From NCBI GenBank assembly GCA_017421025.1, contig JAFQME010000024.1, positions 2,820-66,819 of the forward strand: a stretch of 64,000 nucleotides of DNA. The letters run 5' to 3'. This document shows positions 34,695 to 43,100 of the stretch, one piece after another; within the stretch, counting starts at the first letter, position 1; every line of letters begins with the position of its first letter. The DNA is from Oscillospiraceae bacterium (GTDB lineage Bacteria; Bacillota; Clostridia; Oscillospirales; JAAYXM01). The notes beneath the pieces are model-generated. The model was not told the origin of the DNA. It ran no database searches and saw only the letters and a list, made by a program, of their open reading frames with translations. The position numbers and the translations under genes are program-made.

Positions 34695-35951
34695 ATGGCA
34701 GAAGAGAAAAAAATCAATGTCGGTGTTGAGTCGGAAGGCGGCATCACCAGCAGTTATAAAGTTGATGACGGTGTTGTCCTGAAGGTTCCGTATTCCTTCT
34801 TCGGCTCCATCTACGACGAAGCAGAAGAGAAGATCCTGCTCGAGACCATGCATCAGGATTCCCTGACCATGGGCCCGCAGGTCCAGCGTTTCCAGAAGCG
34901 TTTTGCTGAAATGGTCGGCACCAAGTACGCTTATGCAGTTTCCAACTGCACCACCGCAATGCACACCGCAGTGTGCGCAATGGGCATCGGCCCGGGCGAT
35001 GAAGTCATCACCACTCCGAACACCTTTGTCGCTACCTCTCTTTCCATCCTGAAGGAAGGCGGCCGTCCGGTTTATGCGGATATCGACCCGCGCACCTTCA
35101 ACATCGATCCGGCAAAGATCGAAGACAAGATCACCAATAAGACCAAGGCTATCTTCGTCGTTCACTACGGCGGACAGATGTGTGATATGGATCCCATCAT
35201 GGAGATCGCTAAGAAGTACAATCTGTACGTTTTGGAAGACTGTGCTCATGCTCCGGGTGCTACCTATAAGGGCCGCCAGGCTGGCTCCATCGGTGACTTC
35301 GGCTGCTTCAGCTTCCACTCCCTCAAGAACATCACCACTCTGGGTGAAGGCGGCATGATCACCTGCAACAACGACGAGTTCGCATTCCGTGTTGACAAGC
35401 TCCGTTGCATGGGTAACGTTGACTGGGAAAACCAGGTCGACTACTGGGTACCGTCCCACTTCGACAACAAGCTCATCGGCGGCAAGTGGTCCAACAACTA
35501 CCGCATGACCGAGTGCCAGGGCGCTGTCGGTAACTGCCAGCTCGATAAGCTCGATATGCTCAACTCCAAGCGTATCGAATGGGGTCGCTACATCTCCGAG
35601 GGTATCTCCGGTATCAAGGGTATCACCCCGGTTTATGAAGATCCGAACTGCGGTCACATCTACCATCTCTACACCGTCTGTGTCGAAGAGAAGGAACTCG
35701 GTGCATCCCGTGACGACTTCATGCGTGTCCTCTACAAAGAAGAAGGCGTTCAGGGCATCCTGCATTATCAGCCGACTTATGACTTCTCCTCTCTCCAGGA
35801 GCTGGGCTACGGCAAGCACCTCTGCCCGATCGCAGAAGAGTTCTTCTATCGCCGCGAGCTGAATACCCCGCATCATCCGCGTCTTACCAAGACCGATTGC
35901 GACAACATCATCCAGGGTATCAAGAACGCAGCAGAAAAGGTCCGCAAGTAA
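34695..35951 (+). CDS. DegT/DnrJ/EryC1/StrS-family aminotransferase (copy 3 of 3)
   Basis: 418 aa. Motifs: NCTTAMHTAVCAMGIGPGDEVITTPNTFVAT, FSFHSLKNITTLGEGGMITC. SD AAAGGGG. Strongly biased C-ending codon usage. Confidence 0.88.
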   Translation: MAEEKKINVGVESEGGITSSYKVDDGVVLKVPYSFFGSIYDEAEEKILLETMHQDSLTMGPQVQRFQKRFAEMVGTKYAYAVSNCTTAMHTAVCAMGIGPGDEVITTPNTFVATSLSILKEGGRPVYADIDPRTFNIDPAKIEDKITNKTKAIFVVHYGGQMCDMDPIMEIAKKYNLYVLEDCAHAPGATYKGRQAGSIGDFGCFSFHSLKNITTLGEGGMITCNNDEFAFRVDKLRCMGNVDWENQVDYWVPSHFDNKLIGGKWSNNYRMTECQGAVGNCQLDKLDMLNSKRIEWGRYISEGISGIKGITPVYEDPNCGHIYHLYTVCVEEKELGASRDDFMRVLYKEEGVQGILHYQPTYDFSSLQELGYGKHLCPIAEEFFYRRELNTPHHPRLTKTDCDNIIQGIKNAAEKVRK

Positions 35952-35962
35952 TTGTAAAACGA

Positions 35963-35996
35963 AATCCCCGAGCATTGTTGCTCGGGGATTTTTTGT
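35963..35996 (+). terminator. Rho-independent terminator
   Basis: aatccccgagc-attgtt-gctcggggatt followed by tttt. Confidence 0.85.
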
Positions 35997-36105
35997 CGCA
36001 AAATAGTTTACCGTAATTTATTTATGTAAACTAAAAGTGAGGGACGGGGACAGGCGGTTGTTTTTGAAAATGTACGTTTGCGATTGGCATGTTCCATATA
36101 AACAA

Positions 36106-36133
36106 TTGAAACTGTCAATAAATATGATATAAT
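36106..36133 (+). promoter_or_regulatory. Putative promoter for the small ORF
   Basis: TTGAAA, 16-nt spacer, TATAAT with TGa extended -10. Confidence 0.45.
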
Positions 36134-36170
36134 CCTAATAATACCATAGTTTATTCAGGAGGTTTTTTTA

Positions 36171-36260
36171 ATGAAAACAAAATTGATTTGGATTACAATA
36201 ACGCTGTTTGTACTGATAGAAGCCATCAACAAAGCGATGGAGGTGAGATCATATGCGTAG
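36171..36260 (+). CDS. Candidate 29-aa hydrophobic small protein (MKTKLIWITITLFVLIEAINKAMEVRSYA)
   Basis: AGGAGG lies 9 nt upstream of the ATG, with its own promoter-like element and one predicted TM helix. It is below the ORF-track size cutoff. No conservation data are available. Confidence 0.3.
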   Translation: MKTKLIWITITLFVLIEAINKAMEVRSYA

Positions 36261-36368
36261 AAATCGTGTGTTCGCTTTTTGTGTTGCGATTGCGAATGAG
36301 CTTGTCGTTGCCCGAAACCGTCGCAGGTGAAGGGGTGGGAGGAGATTGTCGAGAATTTCTGTGGTTGA

Positions 36369-36397
36369 TTGACTTTTGGAGAGCGATTCGGTATAAT
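36369..36397 (+). promoter_or_regulatory. Consensus promoter for uxuA
   Basis: TTGACT, 17-nt spacer, TATAAT. Confidence 0.6.
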
Positions 36398-36428
36398 ACA
36401 GATAACAATACAAATGGAGGAATTTCTT

Positions 36429-37520
36429 ATGCCGATGCAAATGGGTTTTCGTTGGTACGGAGAGGGCAATGACAAGATCAGCCTTTCTGATATCAAGCAG
36501 ATTCCGGGCGTGACCAGCATTGTTTGGGCACTGCATCACAAGATGCCCGGTGAGGTTTGGGAAGTGGAAGAAATCGCTGAGGTGCAAAAGCAGCTTGCGC
36601 CGTACGGATTTAACATGGATGTTGTCGAATCGGTGAACGTCCATGACGATATTAAGATCGGTCTCCCCACCCGTGACCAGTACATTGAGAATTACAAGAC
36701 CACCATCCGTAATTTGGCGAAGTTTGGCGTTAAGGTCATTTGCTACAACTTCATGCCGGTGTTCGACTGGACTCGTTCCAACCTGTTCCACGAAGTGGGC
36801 GATGGTTCTACCGCTCTGTTCTATGAAAAGGGCATGATCCAGGACGACTACAATGCAATGGCGAAGTATATTCTGGACTTCACCGAGAAGTACAATATGT
36901 CCTTCCCGGGCTGGGAGCCGGAGCGTATGGCAAAGCTGGACGAACTCTTTAAGGCTTATGCGGATGTGGACCATGAGAAGCTTTGGGCAAACCTCAAGTA
37001 CTTCCTCGAGGCACTTATGCCGACTTGTGAGGAGTGCGACATCAAGATGGCAATCCATATGGACGATCCACCATGGGATATCTTCGGCCTGCCGAGACTT
37101 CTCATCAATGCGGAGAACATTGACCGCTTCCTCAAGATGGTTGACCATCCGTACAACTGCCTGACCCTGTGCTCGGGTTCCCTCAATGCAGACCCGAACA
37201 ATAACGTGGCAGACATCGTACGCAAGCATTGCGACCGCATTGCATTTGCGCATATCCGCAACATCAAGCATTTCCCGAATGGCGACTTCTCCGAAGCATC
37301 ACACCGTGACTGCGACGGCGAAACCGGCATCATCGAAATCCTGCGTGCATATCACGACGGAGGATATGAGGGCTATATCCGTCCTGACCATGGCCGCCAT
37401 CTGTGGGGCGAGGGTCCGGGTACCGTGCGTCCCGGCTACGGTCTCTATGACCGTGCACTCGGCATCATGTATATGCTGGGTGTTTGGGACCTGCTCGACC
37501 GCCAGGCTTCCGAAAAGTAA
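36429..37520 (+). CDS. uxuA: Mannonate dehydratase
   Basis: 363 aa from ATG 36429 (SD GGAGG). Contains MQMGFRWYGEGNDKISLSDIKQIPGVTSIVWALH and a C-terminal IRPDHGR motif. Confidence 0.88.
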   Translation: MPMQMGFRWYGEGNDKISLSDIKQIPGVTSIVWALHHKMPGEVWEVEEIAEVQKQLAPYGFNMDVVESVNVHDDIKIGLPTRDQYIENYKTTIRNLAKFGVKVICYNFMPVFDWTRSNLFHEVGDGSTALFYEKGMIQDDYNAMAKYILDFTEKYNMSFPGWEPERMAKLDELFKAYADVDHEKLWANLKYFLEALMPTCEECDIKMAIHMDDPPWDIFGLPRLLINAENIDRFLKMVDHPYNCLTLCSGSLNADPNNNVADIVRKHCDRIAFAHIRNIKHFPNGDFSEASHRDCDGETGIIEILRAYHDGGYEGYIRPDHGRHLWGEGPGTVRPGYGLYDRALGIMYMLGVWDLLDRQASEK

Positions 37521-37531
37521 ACAAGATAAGA

Positions 37532-37558
37532 AAAAGCACCTCTTCCGAGGTGCTTTTC
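37532..37558 (+). terminator. Rho-independent terminator
   Basis: aaaagcacctc-ttcc-gaggtgctttt. Confidence 0.85.
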
Positions 37559-37586
37559 TGATTGGTGAAAGGGAGTGAGAACGGAT

Positions 37587-37940
37587 ATGAAACGGCTGAT
37601 TCTTTTGACAATTTGTATTTTGATGTGTGTTGTCGGCTGCGAAAAAACGGGAATGACCTATGAAACTTCGTTTCAAAGCTTCTTTGCAGATGCACGAGAG
37701 ATGCTTTGGGAGAACATCATCTCGAAAGACAGCATTGCGTATGAGGATTTGTTTTTTGAAGACGAAATGGTCAAGCCCCTCTTCATCGATGAAACTGAGG
37801 TCCTTGCGTATTTCACGCATATCCGTGTGGAGACCGACGACGTGACCACCTATACCTACGGGTATTATGCGGTGGACGTTTCCCTTGAGACGATCTACGA
37901 ATATGACATTGCGACGGAAATCTGGCATAAGGTGGAATGA
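37587..37940 (+). CDS. Small lipoprotein of unknown function
   Basis: MKRLILLTICILMCVVGC lipobox. 117 aa. Confidence 0.7.
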   Translation: MKRLILLTICILMCVVGCEKTGMTYETSFQSFFADAREMLWENIISKDSIAYEDLFFEDEMVKPLFIDETEVLAYFTHIRVETDDVTTYTYGYYAVDVSLETIYEYDIATEIWHKVE

Positions 37941-37971
37941 AAAAAGGACTGTATTTTGACAGTCCTTTTTT
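37941..37971. terminator. Bidirectional terminator
   Basis: aaaaaggactgt-attttg-acagtcctttttt. Confidence 0.85.
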
Positions 37972-37973
37972 GT

Positions 37974-38492
37974 TTATTGGATAGAAGCGTAGATTTCCGA
38001 AAACGCTTCTTGTACGTCTTGGTCCAGATCACTGCCTAAGACTTCTTGGGAGTATGTTTCAAACGGGGTATATACCAATTCGAGGAAGGATTCCTCGTCG
38101 GCATCGAAAGATTCCTCGCCAACGGTGATCCCGGCATAGTGCATGGTGAAAGAGGTTTCCCCATCGATTACAAACTGGATGTATACGCTTGCGGGTTGAT
38201 CACAATAGGTACAGTCGCCGCTGAACTCGACCACGTCGGAACCATCGTCCGCTTTGAAGCCTCTCCATTGCGGATTGGAAAAAAAGTTGTCATATGCGTC
38301 TTTGTAGGTGATGTTAGGAATCAGCTCGGGAGAGCCGTTCTGTACCATAGAAATATTCCTGTCAAAGATCGTACCTTGTAACGGGGTGTCGGTGTTTGTG
38401 TCGGCGGTGATGTCGGGGGCATAGTCGGTGCAACCGACAAGTGTGATAAGCAACACCGAAATTGCGAAAAGAACTGCCAATCCTTTTTTCAT
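37974..38492 (-). CDS. Lipoprotein of unknown function
   Basis: MKKGLAVLFAISVLLITLVGC lipobox. 172 aa. SD AGGAGAG. Confidence 0.8.
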   Translation of the reverse strand: MKKGLAVLFAISVLLITLVGCTDYAPDITADTNTDTPLQGTIFDRNISMVQNGSPELIPNITYKDAYDNFFSNPQWRGFKADDGSDVVEFSGDCTYCDQPASVYIQFVIDGETSFTMHYAGITVGEESFDADEESFLELVYTPFETYSQEVLGSDLDQDVQEAFSEIYASIQ

Positions 38493-38504
38493 TAGAATCT
38501 CTCC

Positions 38505-39020
38505 TTATTGTTTGATATTTGTGATTTTTTTCAGATCTTCGATGAATTCACGGACACTTTCTTTGTCGTCCGAATAAATGGTCAGAATTTTCCCGTTGCG
38601 AACGTGAATTTTCAACTTGCGTTCACGGTAACATAAAAGAACGAAAACCGGGAGAACAAAGCCCCAATAGCCGCCGGCGCAACCCAAGACAAGCCCGAAA
38701 ATTCCCAAGAGAATGTTGACCGTTCGCATGTGAAAACTTTCTTCGATTGCCAAGATATCTTCCAAAATGATGACGGGCAGCTTGTTTTTCTTTGCAGGGA
38801 CAGTTTCAAAATGCAGACGATCTTCTGCAACAGTCACTTTGTAACGGACGCCCCAACGTCCTTTGATGACCAGATCATTACCGGAAAAGTTGTATTCTTT
38901 CCCCAAAAACGGATTTTGGGTTTGAGTAACTGCTTCGGTTGCAACATTGGTGTTTGTTTCGCAAAATGGACATTTTGAACCATTTTCCGGTAACTTTGCA
39001 CCACAATTTTCGCAATACAT
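38505..39020 (-). CDS. Zinc-ribbon membrane protein of unknown function
   Basis: 171 aa from ATG 39020 (SD AAGGAG). MYCENCGAKLPENGSKCPFC zinc ribbon, with two TM helices near the C-terminus. Confidence 0.75.
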   Translation of the reverse strand: MYCENCGAKLPENGSKCPFCETNTNVATEAVTQTQNPFLGKEYNFSGNDLVIKGRWGVRYKVTVAEDRLHFETVPAKKNKLPVIILEDILAIEESFHMRTVNILLGIFGLVLGCAGGYWGFVLPVFVLLCYRERKLKIHVRNGKILTIYSDDKESVREFIEDLKKITNIKQ

Positions 39021-39134
39021 AATTTTCACTCCTTCTTCCAAACATAGTACTGATAGGTACTATGACAAACATTTTACCGCAAAAATGGTGTAATGTCAAT
39101 AGTATCAATCGGTACTATTTTTTGGAGGGAAGAA

Positions 39135-39356
39135 ATGCTGTTTCAAAGACTACGTGATTTACGTGAGGATCGTGATTTGCTGCAGATTGACGTGGCAAAG
39201 GTTTTGGGGATTAGTCAAACAGTGTATTCTCGCTATGAACGAGGCTATCAGACGATTCCGATTCCGCATTTGCTTTGCTTAGCTGATTTTTACGGCACAT
39301 CCACCGACTATATTTTGGGGCGGACGAATATCAAAGAGCCGTATAAAAAACGATAA
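39135..39356 (+). CDS. XRE-family HTH transcriptional regulator
   Basis: 73 aa from ATG 39135 (SD GGAGGGA). LRDLREDRDLLQIDVAKVLGISQTVYSRYERG. Confidence 0.85.
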   Translation: MLFQRLRDLREDRDLLQIDVAKVLGISQTVYSRYERGYQTIPIPHLLCLADFYGTSTDYILGRTNIKEPYKKR

Positions 39357-39384
39357 AAAGGACTGCTTAGTGCAGTCCTTTTCG
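39356..39384. terminator. Bidirectional terminator overlapping a convergent stop codon
   Basis: aaaaaggactgc-ttag-tgcagtcctttt. Confidence 0.75.
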
Positions 39385-40089
39385 TTTCTTTAAGAAGATT
39401 TGGAGTTGGGTTTTGTGGTGGCAGAGTTTTTCTTTGCAGTTTTTACAATGCAAGTTTTCGTTTTGCGACTCTTGGAAGCGTTCGGGGAATTTGAGTGCGG
39501 TAACTTCCCAGCGGATGAGGAGTAGGAGTGCTGCAAGCACCAAGGTGATTGCATAGAAGTTGCGCACGAAGAGGAGCGGGGTGAACATCATTGCGTAGTC
39601 CCAGTTATAGATGCGGCAGGTGGTGCAGCATTTGTTTTTCATCATGAGGGTTTGGAACGGACAGTAAAACAGGATGCAGATCATGTCACACACCGAGTAG
39701 AACAGCGCAATCAGGAGCAGGATGCCGGAGTCGATGACATCGGTATAGTAGAGCGCTGCAATGATCCCGTTGAGAATCACCCAGGAGAGGATGACGGCAA
39801 AGACCCCTTTGTGAGGGGTGGGGGATGCATCCGCCGGGATGTAGTTGCGGCGAAACTGCTTTTGGCAGCCCATGCTCTCGGTGGGAGACGGGAAGAAGCG
39901 CAGAACCATCTCCACCAGGAATGCAAACCAAATGACAAAGAGCACGATGTTATTTTGCTCATACCCGAAGAAGATGCCGTTTGCACCGTGGATACGGCTT
40001 GCGATATAAAGGGCAAGCGCAACGAGAAACAGCACCGAGCGGGAGATGAGTTTGTAGATGTGCATAAGAGAGATTTTAGAAAGTTTCAT
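39367..40089 (-). CDS. Cys-rich multi-pass membrane protein of unknown function
   Basis: 240 aa from ATG 40089. About 5 TM helices. Cys motifs: CDMICILFYCPF, KNKCCTTC, and C-terminal HCKNCKEKLCHH. The track ORF extends to 40425 through the 3' end of the neighbouring gene. Confidence 0.7.
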   Translation of the reverse strand: MKLSKISLMHIYKLISRSVLFLVALALYIASRIHGANGIFFGYEQNNIVLFVIWFAFLVEMVLRFFPSPTESMGCQKQFRRNYIPADASPTPHKGVFAVILSWVILNGIIAALYYTDVIDSGILLLIALFYSVCDMICILFYCPFQTLMMKNKCCTTCRIYNWDYAMMFTPLLFVRNFYAITLVLAALLLLIRWEVTALKFPERFQESQNENLHCKNCKEKLCHHKTQLQIFLKKRKGLH

Positions 40090-40140
40090 TTTTAGGGAAA
40101 GCCTCCAATCTGAAAGCCAGTATACCACAAATCGGAGGAA

Positions 40141-40177
40141 AAGAAAAGAGCATGACTTGTTTTCAGTCATGCTCTTT
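40141..40177 (-). terminator. Rho-independent terminator of the 40181..44650 gene
   Basis: agagcatgact-tgttttc-agtcatgctct, with a T-run on the minus strand. Confidence 0.8.
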
Positions 40178-40180
40178 GGT

Positions 40181-43100
40181 TTAAGTTCCTTCGACGGAAT
40201 CCACGATGGTTTGGAAGAGTGCAAGGGTTTCCTCGCTCTCGGCACCGAGTTCGAGTGCTTTTTTTGCAATTCCGTAGACCGAGCGGGAGGCGGAGGTGTC
40301 GCCGTAGACGACGCTTCCGTTCTCCATGATGGCATAGGCTCGAGCGGTGTACTCACGGGCGTAGTTCTTTTCTGCGATGTTGGTGATGACCGCAGTGAAA
40401 GTGACGGTTTCAGCATCGTCTGCATAGAGATTGACCGCAGGGACTTTGGCGACGGTGTGACCGTTTAGTGTTGCGCCGATGGTGAGTTCGGAAAGGTCGG
40501 TAAGGTCGGCGGTCGGGATGAGGACTGTGCCGAATTCCACAACATTTGCAAAGGCGGGGTTGGTTTTGTCGATCGTGGAGATGAAGCGCAGGCCCTGGGC
40601 GCCTGTGGTGCGGATTTGGGCGCCGTTTACCGTTTGGACCTCAACCGGGGTGTAGTTGTATTCTTTGGAGAGCGGGATGGAGAAATTCTGTCCTGCCGCA
40701 ATCTCATACGAGGAGCTTCCTGTGACCAGGCTGAAGTCTCCGATCTCGAGCGTGTAAGTGCCGTCTGCGTTTTTGGCAGCGGCTTCGATTTTGTAGGAAT
40801 GGGCTTTGTTGTTGATGTAGACATAACGCCCTGTGATATCGTCAAGGTCCATCTCGGAATCGGGTGTGACCGTGATGGAGTTTTGGAACGAAAGGGTTTT
40901 GGTGAAGGTTCGAACCGTACCCGTATACTGTTTGATTGCGGCGGTGTCTCCGATTTTGGTGCCGTCCAACAGGTAGTGGTAGGTGTTGAGTCCGTTTTCA
41001 TAGGTCATGACACCCACAAAGCCCTGGAAGTCGAATTTGTCGTCCACACGGTAGGTGACCGCACCGTTGGTGGCATAGACGATATAGTCCACTCGACCGT
41101 TTGTCATGGTGACCTTGATCGCATACGCTTTGTCGGTGGCGGCGGCGCTTCCCGCAAGTTTTACCACGGGCACAACCTCGCTTTTTGCAATATACGGGGT
41201 TTTGTCATACGGCTGGAGCACTGTGGTAAAGAGGGAATCCAAATTGCTTCCCGTGCGTTTCACCAGCATGGAGGAGACTTTGCTCGGATTGTTATAGGTC
41301 TTTGGAGGCTCTGCGGATGCAATGGAGACCAAATCCGGGGTAAAGTCGGAAAGCTGGGTGATTTTGAGTCGGGGTTGGAGCGCAAGGTACGGGGCTGCCC
41401 CTATGGTGGGGAAGTTGCGGAAGTTTTCGATTTTGTAGTCTAAGCTGTACACACCCGACGGAGTGGCGTGGGATACGTCGTAGAAACCATCATATCCGCT
41501 TGCCTGGCTGAAGTTGCCGTAGGCGATCCCCTCGCCCGCATATGTCCCGCTCGCCTGCTTGGTAAAGGTGAGACCTTCGGCGGTCGGTGCGGTTTTGGAT
41601 GCGGGGTGGAGAGCGAAGGTGTGCGTCGTGCCGCCACGGACACGGAAGAAGTCCACACCGTAGCTGACCGTGTCGTCATAATCCACCATGACAGTGGTGC
41701 GGCGGAATTCGCTGGTTGCCGAGTAGGCGGCGGTGTTGCGTGCGTCCATGACCTGAACACGACCATCGTTGTTGCCGTCAAAATTGAGGGCGGTGCCGCT
41801 TGTGACCGCAAGCTGTTTGGTATTGTTGACCTGCACCGTGTTGTGGATGATGGTGGAGCGGTCCCAGTTGAGGGTACGGGGAGTGCCCGAGGTGGATTCG
41901 GGGTATCCGAAGTCGCTCAGCATCGGAATCCCAAATGCATCCATGCCGATGTTGAGTACCGCAGGATGGCCGTGGTTGGTGGTACGGCCGAAGTACATCC
42001 AGAAATCACGCTGGGTGTTGGTTGTGCTGTTTTTGGTACCGTCACGCAGAGCATAGAAGCCGAACGAGCCGGTCATGGCATCGGATTCATCAAACGGATA
42101 CTCGCCATGTTTGTCGATGATTGTTTGTACATCGCCTGCAAGGTCGCTTCCTGAAGTGAAAATGTCGCCTTTGATGCCGGTCGATTTGTTGCCGTTTAAG
42201 AAATACAGGTACTGGCCGATTTCCACATCACCCGTCCGCAGAAATGCGGTGGCGAGGCGGTCGGTGGAGAGGGCGAATTCGTTGTTTGCAAAACCGCCCG
42301 AGTCCCCAATGGGGGCGGTGCCGTTGCGGCACAGGGTGAGCGGGAAGTTGGTTTTTAAGAGTTTGACAAATTTCGGATACGCATAGAGATTTGCACCCGA
42401 GTATCCGTCGTAGGAATCCACCGCATCCACAATGGCGGAGTACGAATTGACCCAGGTATTCGAATAGCCCGGGGCGGCTTCTTCGCCTTGACCGTCACGG
42501 TTGATGGTGGAAAGGAGACTTGAGGTGATGCTGCCGCCCGAGCCCATGACCCAGGAGAGGTGGGACGGGGTTTCACTTGCGGAGTCGAGCACCACAGCCG
42601 CCATGGCAACGGTGGATTGATGCATGCCGTTGTTGCCGTAGATTTCGTTTTCAACACGGACCCCGTTTAACACCCCTCGGAGGAGTCCGTTTTCGATGTT
42701 GGAGCGGATTTTTGCGGGGGTGGATTTGTCGTTTCCCACACCGCCTTTGCCCTCGAGCGCGGACCCGTGCGCACCACGGGCATCGGCGAGGGAGTAGGTG
42801 GATGCTTTGCTTGCGAGGTAGTTTACCACCTCAGCATCGTCAAAGGCGGGGTAGAAGTAGTCGTAGTACATACACAGGTCACGGGCGAGAGCGGTTTCCC
42901 AAATACCGCCCACGATTCTGCCGCGTGCGGTGTTGAAGTCGGAGTTGGAGAGGGTGGGGAAGTAGTCGGATACGTACATATCCGGGTACACGTCCGCAAT
43001 GCGGTCCATCATGATCGCACCCACTCTGCCGTATTTCAAATCGCCGGTATAGGCATAGGCTTTGCCGAGGGCGTCTAAGATTTGGGTGATTTTACCGCCT

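Noticed and set aside
34656-35975. 439-aa minus-strand ORF
   Set aside because: It is antisense to aminotransferase copy 3, which has a promoter, SD, family motifs and a terminator. The antisense product is Asp/Val/Leu-rich with no recognisable domain.
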